This document shows positions 1-10,242 of a DNA stretch of 64,000 nucleotides, piece by piece. Origin of the DNA: Thermodesulfobacteriota bacterium (GTDB lineage: Bacteria; Desulfobacterota_D; UBA1144; Nemesobacterales; UBA2774); the NCBI GenBank assembly GCA_965223335.1, contig OZ244991.1:192001-256000 (forward strand), given 5' to 3'. The position numbers and the translations under genes are program-made. Within the stretch, counting starts at the first letter, position 1. Each line of letters opens with the position of its first letter. The notes under the pieces are model-generated. The model worked only from the letters and a program-made list of their open reading frames with translations, did not search any database and was not told where the DNA came from.

Positions 1-256
1 AATAAACAATAAATTTCTTCGCATTATACCTATCCTTTAGGTACCGGACGCCATGTGTAATTTGCTCGCTCATCGTGTATCTGGCCCTCGCATATGGGGG
101 AACGAAACTGTCGTTATTGCAATATATGCAGCCTCCCCTGGCCAGTGTGCCGTCACGGTTAGGGCACGTAAACCCCATATCAACCGACACCTTATGTACC
201 CTGCAGCCAAATTTATTTTTTAGATAATCGCTGTATGAATTATAGCGTTTACTCAT
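1..256 (-). CDS. yhcC: TIGR01212/YhcC-family radical SAM protein, N-terminal part; runs off the left edge and is not in the ORF track
   Basis: Manual translation from ATG at 256 gives MSKRYNSYSDYLKNKFGCRVHKVSVDMGFTCPNRDGTLARGGCIYCNN..., with the family motif GFTCPNRDG...GGCxYC. Confidence 0.9.
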   Translation of the reverse strand, partial: MSKRYNSYSDYLKNKFGCRVHKVSVDMGFTCPNRDGTLARGGCIYCNNDSFVPPYARARYTMSEQITHGVRYLKDRYNAKKFIVY

Positions 257-258
257 GG

Positions 259-951
259 TTACTCTGTCCTCACCGAGGGACATATAGAGCCCAGCCCGCA
301 CGACTCACAAAGCGGTCTGCGCGCCTTACATACCACTCGTCCGTGATCCCCAAGAGCGTTTGAAAAAAATGTTCTCATCCCCTCGGGAACGATTTCCATC
401 AAGTCATACTCTATCTTCGTAGGATCACTAAAACTGCTAAGCCCCAACCTGTTCGATAGCCTTTTGATATGAGTGTCTACAATGATAGCGGGCTTCTTGT
501 AGTAGTTCCCACGCACGACATTTGCCGTTTTCCTGCCCACACCTCTGAGTTCCGTCAGCTGCTCCATAGACTCGGGGACTTCCCCTTTGTAGTTATCGAC
601 AAGTGCGCGAGTGCACTCGACAATGGACGTAGCCTTGTTCTTATAGAACCCGGTCGATCTTATATCCTGCTCAAGCTCGTCTCTATTGGCCGAGGCGAAC
701 GCTTTTGCGTTGCTGTATTTCTTGAATAAAGATGGTGTAACCTGGTTTACACGCTTATCAGTGCACTGGGCCGAGAGAATAGAGCCCACTAAGAGCTCAA
801 GGGCCGAGTTATAGTTCAAATGGCACTTGGCATCGGGGTACGCTTTTTTTAGAAATGAAATTATTTTTGTGTATCGAAGCTCCAACTGGTCTTTGGAATC
901 AGCACGCCGCTTCTTTGAAATGCTTTTAGAATCAGCACTTTTAATTGCCAT
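259..951 (-). CDS. nth: Endonuclease III
   Basis: LSAQCTD motif, HhH motif LRGVGRKTANVV, VDTH, and C-terminal 4Fe-4S motif CKARRPLCESCGLGSIC. Confidence 0.96.
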   Translation of the reverse strand: MAIKSADSKSISKKRRADSKDQLELRYTKIISFLKKAYPDAKCHLNYNSALELLVGSILSAQCTDKRVNQVTPSLFKKYSNAKAFASANRDELEQDIRSTGFYKNKATSIVECTRALVDNYKGEVPESMEQLTELRGVGRKTANVVRGNYYKKPAIIVDTHIKRLSNRLGLSSFSDPTKIEYDLMEIVPEGMRTFFSNALGDHGRVVCKARRPLCESCGLGSICPSVRTE

Positions 952-969
952 TGAGTAATATCAATAGAT

Positions 970-1002
970 AAAAAAAAGGGATATGTCAAAGCATATCCCT
1001 TT
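970..1002 (-). terminator. Rho-independent terminator after the ferredoxin gene
   Basis: Stem GGGATATG/CATATCCC with a 6-nt loop, followed by 8 T on the minus strand. Confidence 0.75.
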
Positions 1003-1033
1003 AGAATCTTAACACCTACGTTACTCAAACGTA

Positions 1034-1300
1034 TTAATCTTTTCTTGCTGGTTCAAGTCCTATTTTGCCCTCAAAAAAATCAGCGTTCTTCTGAGTATAT
1101 TCGTTCCATTTTTCCGGAAGCTCATCTTCATGATAGATAGCATCTACAGGGCAGGGATCAACACAGGCCCCGCAATCGATACATTCTTCGGGATGTATGT
1201 AGAGTTGGGTGTCTCCTTCATAAATGCAGTCCACAGGGCACGCTTCTACACACGCTTTGTCTTTAACATCTATGCAAGGCTCTGCAATAATATAAGCCAT
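1034..1300 (-). CDS. fdxA: Dicluster (7Fe/8Fe-type) ferredoxin
   Basis: [17 protein letters not shown] and [12 protein letters not shown] motifs; GGAGG RBS. Confidence 0.92.
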   Translation of the reverse strand: MAYIIAEPCIDVKDKACVEACPVDCIYEGDTQLYIHPEECIDCGACVDPCPVDAIYHEDELPEKWNEYTQKNADFFEGKIGLEPARKD

Positions 1301-1428
1301 TCTAACTAACCTCCAAGTCGTGTATTCTATTTAATATACTCAAAAATTTATGGCTCGCAACCAATACAGATATATATATTTTTATATAGGATTAAGGCAA
1401 TGCAAAAAACATAAGGGCTTTTACACAA

Positions 1429-1878
1429 CTATTCCGCTGGAGCTTGCTTTTCCGTACCCTCGCCCTCATTTTTAGTAGCTTCACCCTGGCTATCCTTTTC
1501 AGCACTCTCAGGTGCTGAGGCACCATTAGTCTCGGTATCCGGCAGCCCTAAATCCAGCTCATTCCCTGTAGTTGCTGAGTCCTCGGGTACAGGCTCTACA
1601 GCGCTTGGCACGGTGTCTGTTATAACTGACGAGCTTAGATCCTGAGTAGCAAAGTATCCAAGCGCAAGCGAGCTTAGCAAAAACAGTATGGCTAGAACCC
1701 TAGTCACCTTGCCAAGAAACGGTACTGCACCGCTTGCCCCAAACACAGACTCCGTGGTGCCGCCTCCAAAGATAGAACCCAGGTCTCCTCCCTTCCCGGG
1801 CTGAAGCAGCACAACTATCACTAGTAATACACTAACAATAATATGAATAAATTTCACAGAATAAATTAATATTTCCAC
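1429..1878 (-). CDS. secG: Preprotein translocase subunit SecG with a long acidic C-terminal tail
   Basis: VLLQPGKGGDLGSIFGGG...VFGASGA motif, two TM helices, directly after tpiA. Confidence 0.93.
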   Translation of the reverse strand: MEILIYSVKFIHIIVSVLLVIVVLLQPGKGGDLGSIFGGGTTESVFGASGAVPFLGKVTRVLAILFLLSSLALGYFATQDLSSSVITDTVPSAVEPVPEDSATTGNELDLGLPDTETNGASAPESAEKDSQGEATKNEGEGTEKQAPAE

Positions 1879-1884
1879 GGCTCT

Positions 1885-2640
1885 TCATTCTCCTGCATGC
1901 TCAACTATTTTCATAAACGAAATGGGGTCCAAGCTTGCCCCACCCACAAGCGCACCATCAACCCCGGGGGTGACTAATATCTCGTACGCACTCTCCTCAT
2001 TCACGCTTCCACCGTATAGGATTCTTATCTCGGATCCTAATTCCCCGTATATACTACCTGTAATTTCTCGAATATTCTTGTGCACATACTCAACTTCATC
2101 AGGGGTAGCATGCTTACCGGTTCCGATTGCCCACACAGGCTCGTAAGCTATCACGACATCCGAGGCCTCGGTCAATTCTAGATCCTGCAAAGCACCCTCT
2201 ACCTGCCCTGCCACAAATTTTATTGTCTTGCCCATCTCCCGTTCCTCTAGTGTTTCCCCCACACAGAGTATTACTTTGAGACCCGCATCCAAAGCAGCAC
2301 TCAATTTCTGCCTAACCATATAATCGGTCTCTCCCAATATCAATCGCCTCTCCGAATGCCCTATAATCACCCATTTACAACCTGCATCTAGAAGCATACC
2401 GGGAGATATCTCACCGGTGTAGGCACCCTCGTTTTCCCAAAACACATTTTGAGCACCTAACTCAACCCCGCTCCCACTAATCGCACTCCGAACCGTGTGC
2501 AGTGTCGTATAGGGGGGGATAAGAACAATCTCTAAACCCTCGGGTATATCACCCAACGACTCGGTCAATTGAGTGGCAAGCCCCTTTGCCTCACTCCGAA
2601 GCAGATTCATCTTCCAGTTAGCAGCTATAAGTTTTTGCAT
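1885..2640 (-). CDS. tpiA: Triosephosphate isomerase
   Basis: ANWKMN, GHSERR, AYEPVWAIGTG, YGGSV and LVGGASL motifs. Confidence 0.98.
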   Translation of the reverse strand: MQKLIAANWKMNLLRSEAKGLATQLTESLGDIPEGLEIVLIPPYTTLHTVRSAISGSGVELGAQNVFWENEGAYTGEISPGMLLDAGCKWVIIGHSERRLILGETDYMVRQKLSAALDAGLKVILCVGETLEEREMGKTIKFVAGQVEGALQDLELTEASDVVIAYEPVWAIGTGKHATPDEVEYVHKNIREITGSIYGELGSEIRILYGGSVNEESAYEILVTPGVDGALVGGASLDPISFMKIVEHAGE

Positions 2641-2884
2641 AACACTAGTACCGCAGATAAATTATCTTCTATACTCTACCGGATGAAAAACAACAGAGTG
2701 TAGATTCGTTTTTCATACAGTATCCACCTCAAGCATTATTTCACTACACAGTAGCCACTCATATTTTATCTCGATGAATATGCGGTGTTTTCCAACTGTT
2801 AAAGTACGTATTGAGCTATCGGTCCAAGGAATTATATAGCATGGATGCTCACAGTTCAAATTAATATATAGTTATCTAAATACA

Positions 2885-4030
2885 CTACGTGGCCGATTGT
2901 TGAATATACCGACCCAGCCTCTGAAGCCCCTCGTCTATAGTCTCAAGGCCTACAGCGTATGAAAACCTTAGATAACCCTCTCCGTTCTCTCCGAAATCAA
3001 TACCCGGCGTGACTGCAACGTGTGCCTTATCCAGTATATCAAATGCCAAGTCGTATGAATTATTGGAGAGTTTACAAGCATTTACAAATACATAGAACGC
3101 CCCCTTAGGTTCATGGGTGATCTCGAATCCTAAGCCCCTTAATCCCTCTATCATCCTTTTTCGCCTGGCATCAAAACTCTTAATCATCTCTAGCGCTTCG
3201 TTTTTTGCCTCTTTTAGTGCTGTGATGCCCGCCATCTGTACAAATGAGTTTGGGGAGATAAAAAGGTTCTGCTGCAGTTTCTGAATAGGTCTTATAAGCT
3301 CGGGTGGTGCCACCACATAGCCCAACCGCCAGCCGGTCATCGAATAAAATTTAGAGAAACCGTTTACGCTTATCGCATCCGGGGAGTATTCCAATATAGT
3401 ATGCGCCCTGCCCTCGTACACAAGACCATGATATATCTCGTCGGAAATCACAACCGGCCCAAGCCCTGAGATCTCGTCCATTAACTCCCCTGCCAGTACA
3501 ACCCCGGTGGGATTAGAGGGGGAATTGATAATAATTGCCTTTGTCTTTTTTGTTATGCTTTTTTTTAATCTCGAAACATCGATTTGGAACCCCTCGCTCT
3601 CATAGATCTTAAACATTTTAGGCACCCCGCCAGCGATCTGAATGATCTTGGGATAACATGCGTAGTGGGGGTCTGTGATAATGACCTCGTCACCCGGGTC
3701 AATCAATGATAGTATCGAGAGGAATAGAGCGGGGGAACTCCCCATGGTAACAATCACCCTCTCGGGAGAAACACCCACCCCATAGCTCTTGTGGTACTCC
3801 TCGGAAATTGCACTTCGGAGTTCCGATTTGCCTAGGCTGTGCGTGTATTTAGTATCGCCCGACTTTAGTGACTCGATTGCTGCATCCGAGATGACCGACG
3901 CAGTATCAAAATCCGGTTCACCGACCTCAAAATGTATAACGCTTTGGCCGCTACGCTCGATCTCTTTTGCTTTTTCCAGTACATCCATCACATAGAAAGG
4001 AGCAATATTTTCGGAAAGTTTGGAGGGCAT
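2885..4030 (-). CDS. Class I/II PLP-dependent aminotransferase (aspartate aminotransferase-like); ORF track starts at 4036
   Basis: GEPDF, NSPSNPTG, SDEIY and NGFSKFYSMTGWRLGY motifs. Confidence 0.93.
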   Translation of the reverse strand: MPSKLSENIAPFYVMDVLEKAKEIERSGQSVIHFEVGEPDFDTASVISDAAIESLKSGDTKYTHSLGKSELRSAISEEYHKSYGVGVSPERVIVTMGSSPALFLSILSLIDPGDEVIITDPHYACYPKIIQIAGGVPKMFKIYESEGFQIDVSRLKKSITKKTKAIIINSPSNPTGVVLAGELMDEISGLGPVVISDEIYHGLVYEGRAHTILEYSPDAISVNGFSKFYSMTGWRLGYVVAPPELIRPIQKLQQNLFISPNSFVQMAGITALKEAKNEALEMIKSFDARRKRMIEGLRGLGFEITHEPKGAFYVFVNACKLSNNSYDLAFDILDKAHVAVTPGIDFGENGEGYLRFSYAVGLETIDEGLQRLGRYIQQSAT

Positions 4031-4038
4031 CGCCATTT

Positions 4039-4067
4039 ATTCTAAGGAATAAGAATTGGGTTGTCTA
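4039..4067 (-). promoter_or_regulatory. Sigma70 promoter for the aminotransferase, probably leaderless
   Basis: TAGACA-N17-TAGAAT, 8 nt before ATG 4030, with no SD. Confidence 0.55.
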
Positions 4068-4094
4068 GGAACTCTGAAGTGGTTTAAAACAGAG

Positions 4095-4643
4095 CTACAT
4101 CACTGCGTACTTAACCTCTTTACCCAGGACCTTCTCTATCTTACGTTTGAGAAGCTCACGTTTAAGTCTGCTAAGTCTGTCTATGAATAGAACGCCATCA
4201 AGGTGGTCGATCTCGTGCTGTATAACACGCGCCAACAATCCTTCCGCTTCGAGCTCGGTTTTATCCCCTTGGTCATTAAGAGCACTGACCCCTACAACTG
4301 CGCTCCTGCGGACATCGCTTGTGAAACCCGGGATACTCAGACACCCCTCTTCCCCGAGCTCTTCCCCCTCGCTATAAATAATCTCGGGGTTAACGAGTTT
4401 AATAAGATGCGACCTATCCTCTAAGAGCTCATCCTCATCCTCACTCTTTAGAGAAACATCAACGACTATCACCCTTTTTGTAATCCCTACCTGGGGGGCT
4501 GCAAGCCCTACACCCGGGGCATCGTACATGGTATCAGCCATATCATCCAAGAGTTTTTGGATTTGGGCATCAACCCTTTTTACTTCTTCACATTTTTTTC
4601 TGAGTACTGGGTCTGGAAATTTAAGAATATCTAAAATCGGCAT
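4095..4643 (-). CDS. def: Peptide deformylase
   Basis: GVGLAAPQVG, EGCLSIPG and QHEIDHLDG motifs. Confidence 0.98.
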   Translation of the reverse strand: MPILDILKFPDPVLRKKCEEVKRVDAQIQKLLDDMADTMYDAPGVGLAAPQVGITKRVIVVDVSLKSEDEDELLEDRSHLIKLVNPEIIYSEGEELGEEGCLSIPGFTSDVRRSAVVGVSALNDQGDKTELEAEGLLARVIQHEIDHLDGVLFIDRLSRLKRELLKRKIEKVLGKEVKYAVM

Positions 4644-4756
4644 ATTACTAAAAGGCTATATTAACACTTACCATTGTCAATAAATGCACATAGATCTTAA
4701 TTGTGCACTAAAACTATAGTAGCGAATAACACTAATAAGTGAACATTAGACACTGA

Positions 4757-5035
4757 TTAACCATTATTTAGTTTTGTAATCAGCTCTTTACTGGGTCTGA
4801 AATGAGGCAGTTTTTTATCAGGAACAGACACTTTCTCGCCAGTGCGCGGATTTCTTCCCTCGTATGAATTGTAGCTTTTGGTAAAAAAGCTGCCGAACCC
4901 TCTTATCTCTATACGCCCGTCGTTTTGCAACACATCGGTCATGTGTTCTATGATAGTGTCTAGTATTTGCTCTGACTGCATAGGCTGTAGCTTAAACCTC
5001 TCAGCCAACTCCCTTTCGATATCAGATCGCTTCAT
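4757..5035 (-). CDS. ihfB: Integration host factor beta / HU-family DNA-binding protein; likely start ATG 5035
   Basis: RIEIRGFGSF and GRNPRTGEKVSV..KKLPHFRPSKEL motifs; GGGGG SD-like run before ATG 5035. Confidence 0.8.
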   Translation of the reverse strand: MKRSDIERELAERFKLQPMQSEQILDTIIEHMTDVLQNDGRIEIRGFGSFFTKSYNSYEGRNPRTGEKVSVPDKKLPHFRPSKELITKLNNG

Positions 5036-5187
5036 AGTAACCCCCCATCCAATTTGAATGCTCTTATACCTAACTCTCAAATTTAGTTAATTTTCTAGTA
5101 TTTGTCAAGTGTTACAGTGAACGACCTCTCCATTACGTTAGCACTTGGTCCAAGAAAATTAGCGGCTTTGTCGTGCAAACTGCACAA

Positions 5188-6600
5188 CTAGGCCTTAGCC
5201 CTTTTCGATCCTTTGGCAACCACCCTCTTTTCATTGACCTTAGAACCAACCTTACCCGCAGCCTCTGGGTGGTTATCTAAAAACACTTTCAAGTGCATAT
5301 CCGAGTAAGAGCCCGGCGGGTAGTGTTTCTCATAAAACTCAAGATCAATATGCATGGCTTGAAACACTAGTCTCATGTACATAGGATCTACAAAAGCCGG
5401 GAACCTTCCATACGTATCGTATATATAGTTAGCAACATCCTTAACGATCTGGATCGTGGTCTCCGTTGGTTTGGGTGCTCTCATAAGCAATTTATCGGGT
5501 TCGTTGTAGGGAAACGGCTTGTCCGAGGTCCAGGCTGAGTTCTTATGCTCGTGGAAAGCGTCTATAGCCTCATTCATATCTTTGTAGTAAGGGGGGCAGT
5601 AGCCCTCGAATATCCCGTCGCGGCCCACAGGAATCGTAGCCGGGGGATCGATTGCACCTTTTTTGGGCTGAACAAACCTAAACCCAAGTCCGCGGAATAG
5701 ATCGGGGGCGGCACCCAGAGCAAACCTGGGTATAAATCCGCTGAACGTCCAGCCTGCAAGCCCAAGAGCCTGGAGTGCGAGGCTCATGTTCTGGCACATA
5801 AATGCCTGTTCTACATTAAGACCCGTTAGAATCCTTACCTCAAGATCAAATAACGACATCTTTACACTGTCCTTTAACCTTCCCTTCTTGATCCATTTAT
5901 CGATTCCAGCGGGCTTTCCCGTCAGGTCATCAATGATTGTAAAACCGTAAGTGTGGCTACAGTAAAGGTGGAGGAGGTTTAAATACTCCTCTGTAATATC
6001 AGTTACCGGTATGAACACGGATGTCCCCGGTTTGTTAGTATTCCACTGGTTAAAATCAAAGAGGCCCGGCATACGGTCGGGGAGATCCGCCCTGCCGTCT
6101 TCGAGCTTTACCAAACTCTCACGGTATAGCTCCAGTACCCGGTTCATCCTCTCTTGACGATCCATCCTAAAGAACATGTCGAGCTCTTTATCCTTGGGCA
6201 GCATATGCTTTACATCAACGTAATATAATCCACTATCGTTGGTGAAAAAGAGCTCTGTTCCATGGTTGTTGCATGCAGACGGCCAGGTGCGCCCCGTCCA
6301 CTGACAAAGCAGGTCGATACCGGTCTCGGGCGGCAAATCAGCCAGGCAAAGTCCCGTCAGCCCCGTGCCCGACCATACGAGTAACGCCTCTTCCATCTCC
6401 TCAAGTGGTATGGGGTCATACTCCGATTTAAAACCCAGAGACTCGTCCTCAAGCTCCATACCAAGACCAAAACGTCTCGATCTACGATTGAATATAGAGT
6501 CGAAAAGCGGGTAGTTAAGCGCCTCTTCGTATCTTTGATTTAAAGTAAATTTTCTGTTGGTTTTTGCTTTAGCTGCTTTTCCGTTTACCTTCTTTGACAT
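5188..6600 (-). CDS. Conserved hypothetical protein, divergent nitroreductase/SagB-like fold
   Basis: 470 aa with GGAGGAG RBS; RRSRRF, GRTWPSACNNHGTELFF and QNMSLALQALGLAGW resemble nitroreductase FMN-binding segments. Confidence 0.6.
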   Translation of the reverse strand: MSKKVNGKAAKAKTNRKFTLNQRYEEALNYPLFDSIFNRRSRRFGLGMELEDESLGFKSEYDPIPLEEMEEALLVWSGTGLTGLCLADLPPETGIDLLCQWTGRTWPSACNNHGTELFFTNDSGLYYVDVKHMLPKDKELDMFFRMDRQERMNRVLELYRESLVKLEDGRADLPDRMPGLFDFNQWNTNKPGTSVFIPVTDITEEYLNLLHLYCSHTYGFTIIDDLTGKPAGIDKWIKKGRLKDSVKMSLFDLEVRILTGLNVEQAFMCQNMSLALQALGLAGWTFSGFIPRFALGAAPDLFRGLGFRFVQPKKGAIDPPATIPVGRDGIFEGYCPPYYKDMNEAIDAFHEHKNSAWTSDKPFPYNEPDKLLMRAPKPTETTIQIVKDVANYIYDTYGRFPAFVDPMYMRLVFQAMHIDLEFYEKHYPPGSYSDMHLKVFLDNHPEAAGKVGSKVNEKRVVAKGSKRAKA

Positions 6601-6691
6601 ATTACTCCTCCAATAAATGCTGATTGTTAAAAGAAAATTTAAAATATCTTAGCAAAAATTTCAAGGATTTATAGCCTTAAGACACTAAACT

Positions 6692-7042
6692 CTACAAAGG
6701 TAGGCCGAGTTTTCTGCCAATTGATGCATATAATAAATAGATGATGATCATCACCGAGCAGGATATTACCATCGATAGCCAAAAATTAATTTCATGTCTG
6801 ATTAACATAGGCAAAATCAAAAAGAAACATAACGTAGGCAATACAAGCCAAAATATGCCCACTGATAAATCTGCGATTTTGGCACTGTCGCCGGTATCCA
6901 TATAGATCCAAATCATTGCCAATAGTGAAGTTAGCGGCAGGGCCGCTAACAATGCCGCTGCGGTTGTGTAGCGCTTAGCAACCTCGGATACAGCTACTAT
7001 TATCAAAGCGGTAAGCATAGTTTTAACTGCTATATAAATCAC
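6692..7042 (-). CDS. DUF3147/GlpM-like small membrane protein
   Basis: Four hydrophobic segments; VSEVAKR..AALLAALPLTSLLAMIW pattern; GGAGGG RBS. Confidence 0.75.
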   Translation of the reverse strand: MIYIAVKTMLTALIIVAVSEVAKRYTTAAALLAALPLTSLLAMIWIYMDTGDSAKIADLSVGIFWLVLPTLCFFLILPMLIRHEINFWLSMVISCSVMIIIYLLYASIGRKLGLPL

Positions 7043-7148
7043 GATTAATTAGCCCTCCTATGTCCGATCACATCTAGATGATTAGAGAAAGTACAAAACA
7101 CTTTTATCTGAGTTATAATAACTCATAAAATCACTCGACAGCTCATCT

Positions 7149-7868
7149 ATGACAAAGAACAACCTGAAATCATTTCTAATACTTTCAGTCGCAATACACA
7201 TAATACTTCTCTCTGCACTTTTTATCTATTTCGTTTCCGACAATAGCAAACCCCTTTGGTCCCAACTCGGGAATAATGCTGCCCATAAGAATGCACAAAA
7301 TATTAATGTGTCTGTCCTAAATCAGAGCCCGATTAAAATTGAGACTAAACCAAACGCGATAGATAAACCACAAAAGACTAAAAAGAAAACGATCAAAACT
7401 ACACCCGAAGTGAGTACTAAAAAAACTGAGGTCGAAGCACCCAAGACCATAAACACTCACAAAGAGACAGAGAACTCCGCTAAAGCGCAAACAAATACTG
7501 TTAAACCTAAAGCCGCTTCACCCATTGCTAAGAGCACAGGCCCAAGCTCGTTTAAACACCCCATGACTGCGAGTAGTGAACAGAGCACTGAACTCGCTCA
7601 TCCCAATTACAGGAACAACCCCAAACCGCGTTATCCCACAATTGCCCGTAAAAGAGGTTTTGAGGGTAGAGTGTTGCTCAAGGTGTTTGTGCTCGAGAGC
7701 GGTAGAGTGGCAGATGTCCGAGTATTAAAATCCTCGGGCTATCAAGTTCTCGATGATTCCGCGAGCAGTGCTATTTTCGGGTGGGACTTTTACCCTGGGA
7801 AACATAACGGTAAAGCAGTATCGAGTTGGGTTACTGTCCCAATAGTCTATGAACTAAATAGCGGTTAA
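7149..7868 (+). CDS. tonB: TonB-family energy transducer
   Basis: N-terminal TM with SxxxH (SVAIH), Lys/Thr/Pro-rich linker, C-terminal PRYPTIARKRGFEGRV...SSGYQVLD domain. Confidence 0.88.
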   Translation: MTKNNLKSFLILSVAIHIILLSALFIYFVSDNSKPLWSQLGNNAAHKNAQNINVSVLNQSPIKIETKPNAIDKPQKTKKKTIKTTPEVSTKKTEVEAPKTINTHKETENSAKAQTNTVKPKAASPIAKSTGPSSFKHPMTASSEQSTELAHPNYRNNPKPRYPTIARKRGFEGRVLLKVFVLESGRVADVRVLKSSGYQVLDDSASSAIFGWDFYPGKHNGKAVSSWVTVPIVYELNSG

Positions 7869-7973
7869 CATAAGGGGTTGGTCTAAGATTTTCTTCATAT
7901 CATTTACTCTCAACATATTTCGTAACTATAATATATTGGTAAATATCAATTGCAGTGTGTATAGGAATAGTTA

Positions 7974-10208
7974 ATGTCACTAAAGGATATGGTGCTGTCC
8001 GCAAGGTTTCTTATAAGCCTTGCAGTTCTCATAGTTATCTCGGTCCTGCTCACCTTCTTCCCGCTTATCGGCACTCTCGGGTTTGAGTACTCGACCTTCA
8101 TTGCATTTGTTGCCGCATTTGTCTCCATATTTGTATCGGCCGAGCTTGTAAACATCGACCTTAGTAAAGGCGGGCTACGCCGACTCTCTGATATTGTTTC
8201 CTCTGTGTTTATGGTCAATTTCATATTGGTCGCGGTACCGTTTGTTATCGGCTTGGTAAGTTCCGTGGTCAAAAAGGACTGCTACATATTAGAAGGCTCG
8301 ATATTCTACCTATTGATCCCCGTGGTAACCGTATATTTCTCAACATCGCTTGGTCTTCTCACTGGTTTTGTGTTCAAGAGGCGCGGGTTTTTTATAGGAG
8401 CACTAATACTGCTGGCTACAATATTTTACTCTCTTTACCGTATTTTTTACGACCCATCCCTCTTTGTTTATAACCCGGTCATAGGGTTTTTCCCGGGCCC
8501 TCTATACGACGAGGCCATACCGATCACCTTAACTCTTATCCTCTATAGGTTGATCGTTATTTTCTGGGGGATTTTGTTCTTAATTATATTGAATGCAGCA
8601 AACGGGGTTAAATATAAGAAAATAGGGTTTTGGGATTTTATCTCCCTTGCGCTTGTGATTTGCATACTGTTTATTGCTCATTCCAAAGAGCAGGAGATCG
8701 GGATCAGTTACTCAAGGGAGTATATAACTAGTGAGGTACTGCCGGGAAAATACGAGACCGACAACTTCATTATCTACTACGATCCCAGCACCCCCGAGGC
8801 TAAACAGATTGACCTTATCGCCGAGGACCACGAATGGCGCTATAAACAGCTTAAAGATTTTCTCCAGGTAGACTCCAACGAGAAAATACGCTCTTACATA
8901 TACCCCGACACTAAAACTCGCAAGAAGATCATAGGAGCCGGGGAAACCACAATTGCTAACCCCATACACAAAGAGATACACCTTATCTACAACTCTTTCC
9001 CCCACCCCATATTAAAGCATGAACTCACCCACGTGATGTCAGCAGACTTCGGAATGGACGTGTTTAAGGTAAGCCCCAAGATCGGTCTCCTTGAGGGCAT
9101 AGCCGTAGCAGCGGATTGGAGCGGGGACGGCTACACTAAACACCAGTGGGCTAAGACCATGATAGAAAAGGGAATGGCTCCACGGATCCAGGATATTATA
9201 GGGTTCGGTTTTTGGTACTCATCGGCACCTGTGAGCTACACACTTATGGGTTCATTCTCAAGATACCTCATTGATACATATGGGATAGATAAATATAAGA
9301 CCCTGTACAAAACCGGGAAATTCGATCAATACGGAAAAAGCATAGACGATCTTGTGGATGAGTGGACAAAATTTTTAAACACCGTCACGGTCCCTGAAGA
9401 AGCTCCAATTTTAGCCGAGTCAATTTTCGGAACACCGAGCATATTCGAGGCCCGTTGTCCAAGGCGCATCGCTGCGCTTAAGCAGAAGGGGTTCAATAAA
9501 TTCAAATCCGATGATTATTATAATGCGAGAGAACTGTTCATAAAAGCTCTCGGCTATAACCAAGCTGACCCAATCACAATAAACGGCCTTGCATACTCGT
9601 ACTATTTCGACGGTAAATACGATAAAGTAAATGACTTAATCAAGGACTCAAAATCAATCCCCAGCTTGGACCGAAACATACTAGCAAACCTAAGAGCCAA
9701 TTCACTGTGGCAGTCAGGTGATCGCGGGGAAGCACTCAGAATATTCAGTACGCTTAGATCAAAACCGCTGCCGGCAGATGTAAAACGAGAGATCGACATA
9801 AAGCTGTCAGCAATGGCAGAGGGTGGACCGTTAGAGGATAGCATCAAAATGTATTTCGGGACTCGCGATGAAGTAACCAGGGTAAACACTCTCCAAGAAA
9901 TCATACGAGAGTACCCCGAGTATGCCCCTGCGCACTATTTACTGGGGAGGCTGCTTTTCAACAAAAACGAGTACCAAAAAGCTCTGCCCTATCTACTGAG
10001 CGCAGAGGCTGCGTCTTTCCCGTCCCCAGATCTCGAAAAAGAGAATATGCGGATACTTGGGATCTCATTATTTGCTACTAAAAATCAGCCACAAGCAATC
10101 AAGCGGTTCCAGAAACTGCTCGATCTCAATAAGGACATGGTATCAAACGACTTTGCCACTGATTTCATAGAACGGTCGCAATGGTCTAGCGAGCGGAATT
10201 TGAAATAA
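7974..10208 (+). CDS. Polytopic membrane protein with a gluzincin (peptidase MA-like) domain and C-terminal TPR-like helices
   Basis: About 7 TM segments in the N-terminal 240 aa, HELTH followed by LLEGIA, then a helical repeat C-terminus. Confidence 0.7.
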   Translation: MSLKDMVLSARFLISLAVLIVISVLLTFFPLIGTLGFEYSTFIAFVAAFVSIFVSAELVNIDLSKGGLRRLSDIVSSVFMVNFILVAVPFVIGLVSSVVKKDCYILEGSIFYLLIPVVTVYFSTSLGLLTGFVFKRRGFFIGALILLATIFYSLYRIFYDPSLFVYNPVIGFFPGPLYDEAIPITLTLILYRLIVIFWGILFLIILNAANGVKYKKIGFWDFISLALVICILFIAHSKEQEIGISYSREYITSEVLPGKYETDNFIIYYDPSTPEAKQIDLIAEDHEWRYKQLKDFLQVDSNEKIRSYIYPDTKTRKKIIGAGETTIANPIHKEIHLIYNSFPHPILKHELTHVMSADFGMDVFKVSPKIGLLEGIAVAADWSGDGYTKHQWAKTMIEKGMAPRIQDIIGFGFWYSSAPVSYTLMGSFSRYLIDTYGIDKYKTLYKTGKFDQYGKSIDDLVDEWTKFLNTVTVPEEAPILAESIFGTPSIFEARCPRRIAALKQKGFNKFKSDDYYNARELFIKALGYNQADPITINGLAYSYYFDGKYDKVNDLIKDSKSIPSLDRNILANLRANSLWQSGDRGEALRIFSTLRSKPLPADVKREIDIKLSAMAEGGPLEDSIKMYFGTRDEVTRVNTLQEIIREYPEYAPAHYLLGRLLFNKNEYQKALPYLLSAEAASFPSPDLEKENMRILGISLFATKNQPQAIKRFQKLLDLNKDMVSNDFATDFIERSQWSSERNLK

Positions 10209-10242
10209 GTCGTTTATTCTATATATTCATGCTCTACTTCTT

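Noticed and set aside
2641..2884. Possible ncRNA or small ORF in the 245-bp gap upstream of tpiA
   Set aside because: Only very short ORFs without an RBS and no recognisable RNA family or strong hairpin; an Rfam search would be needed
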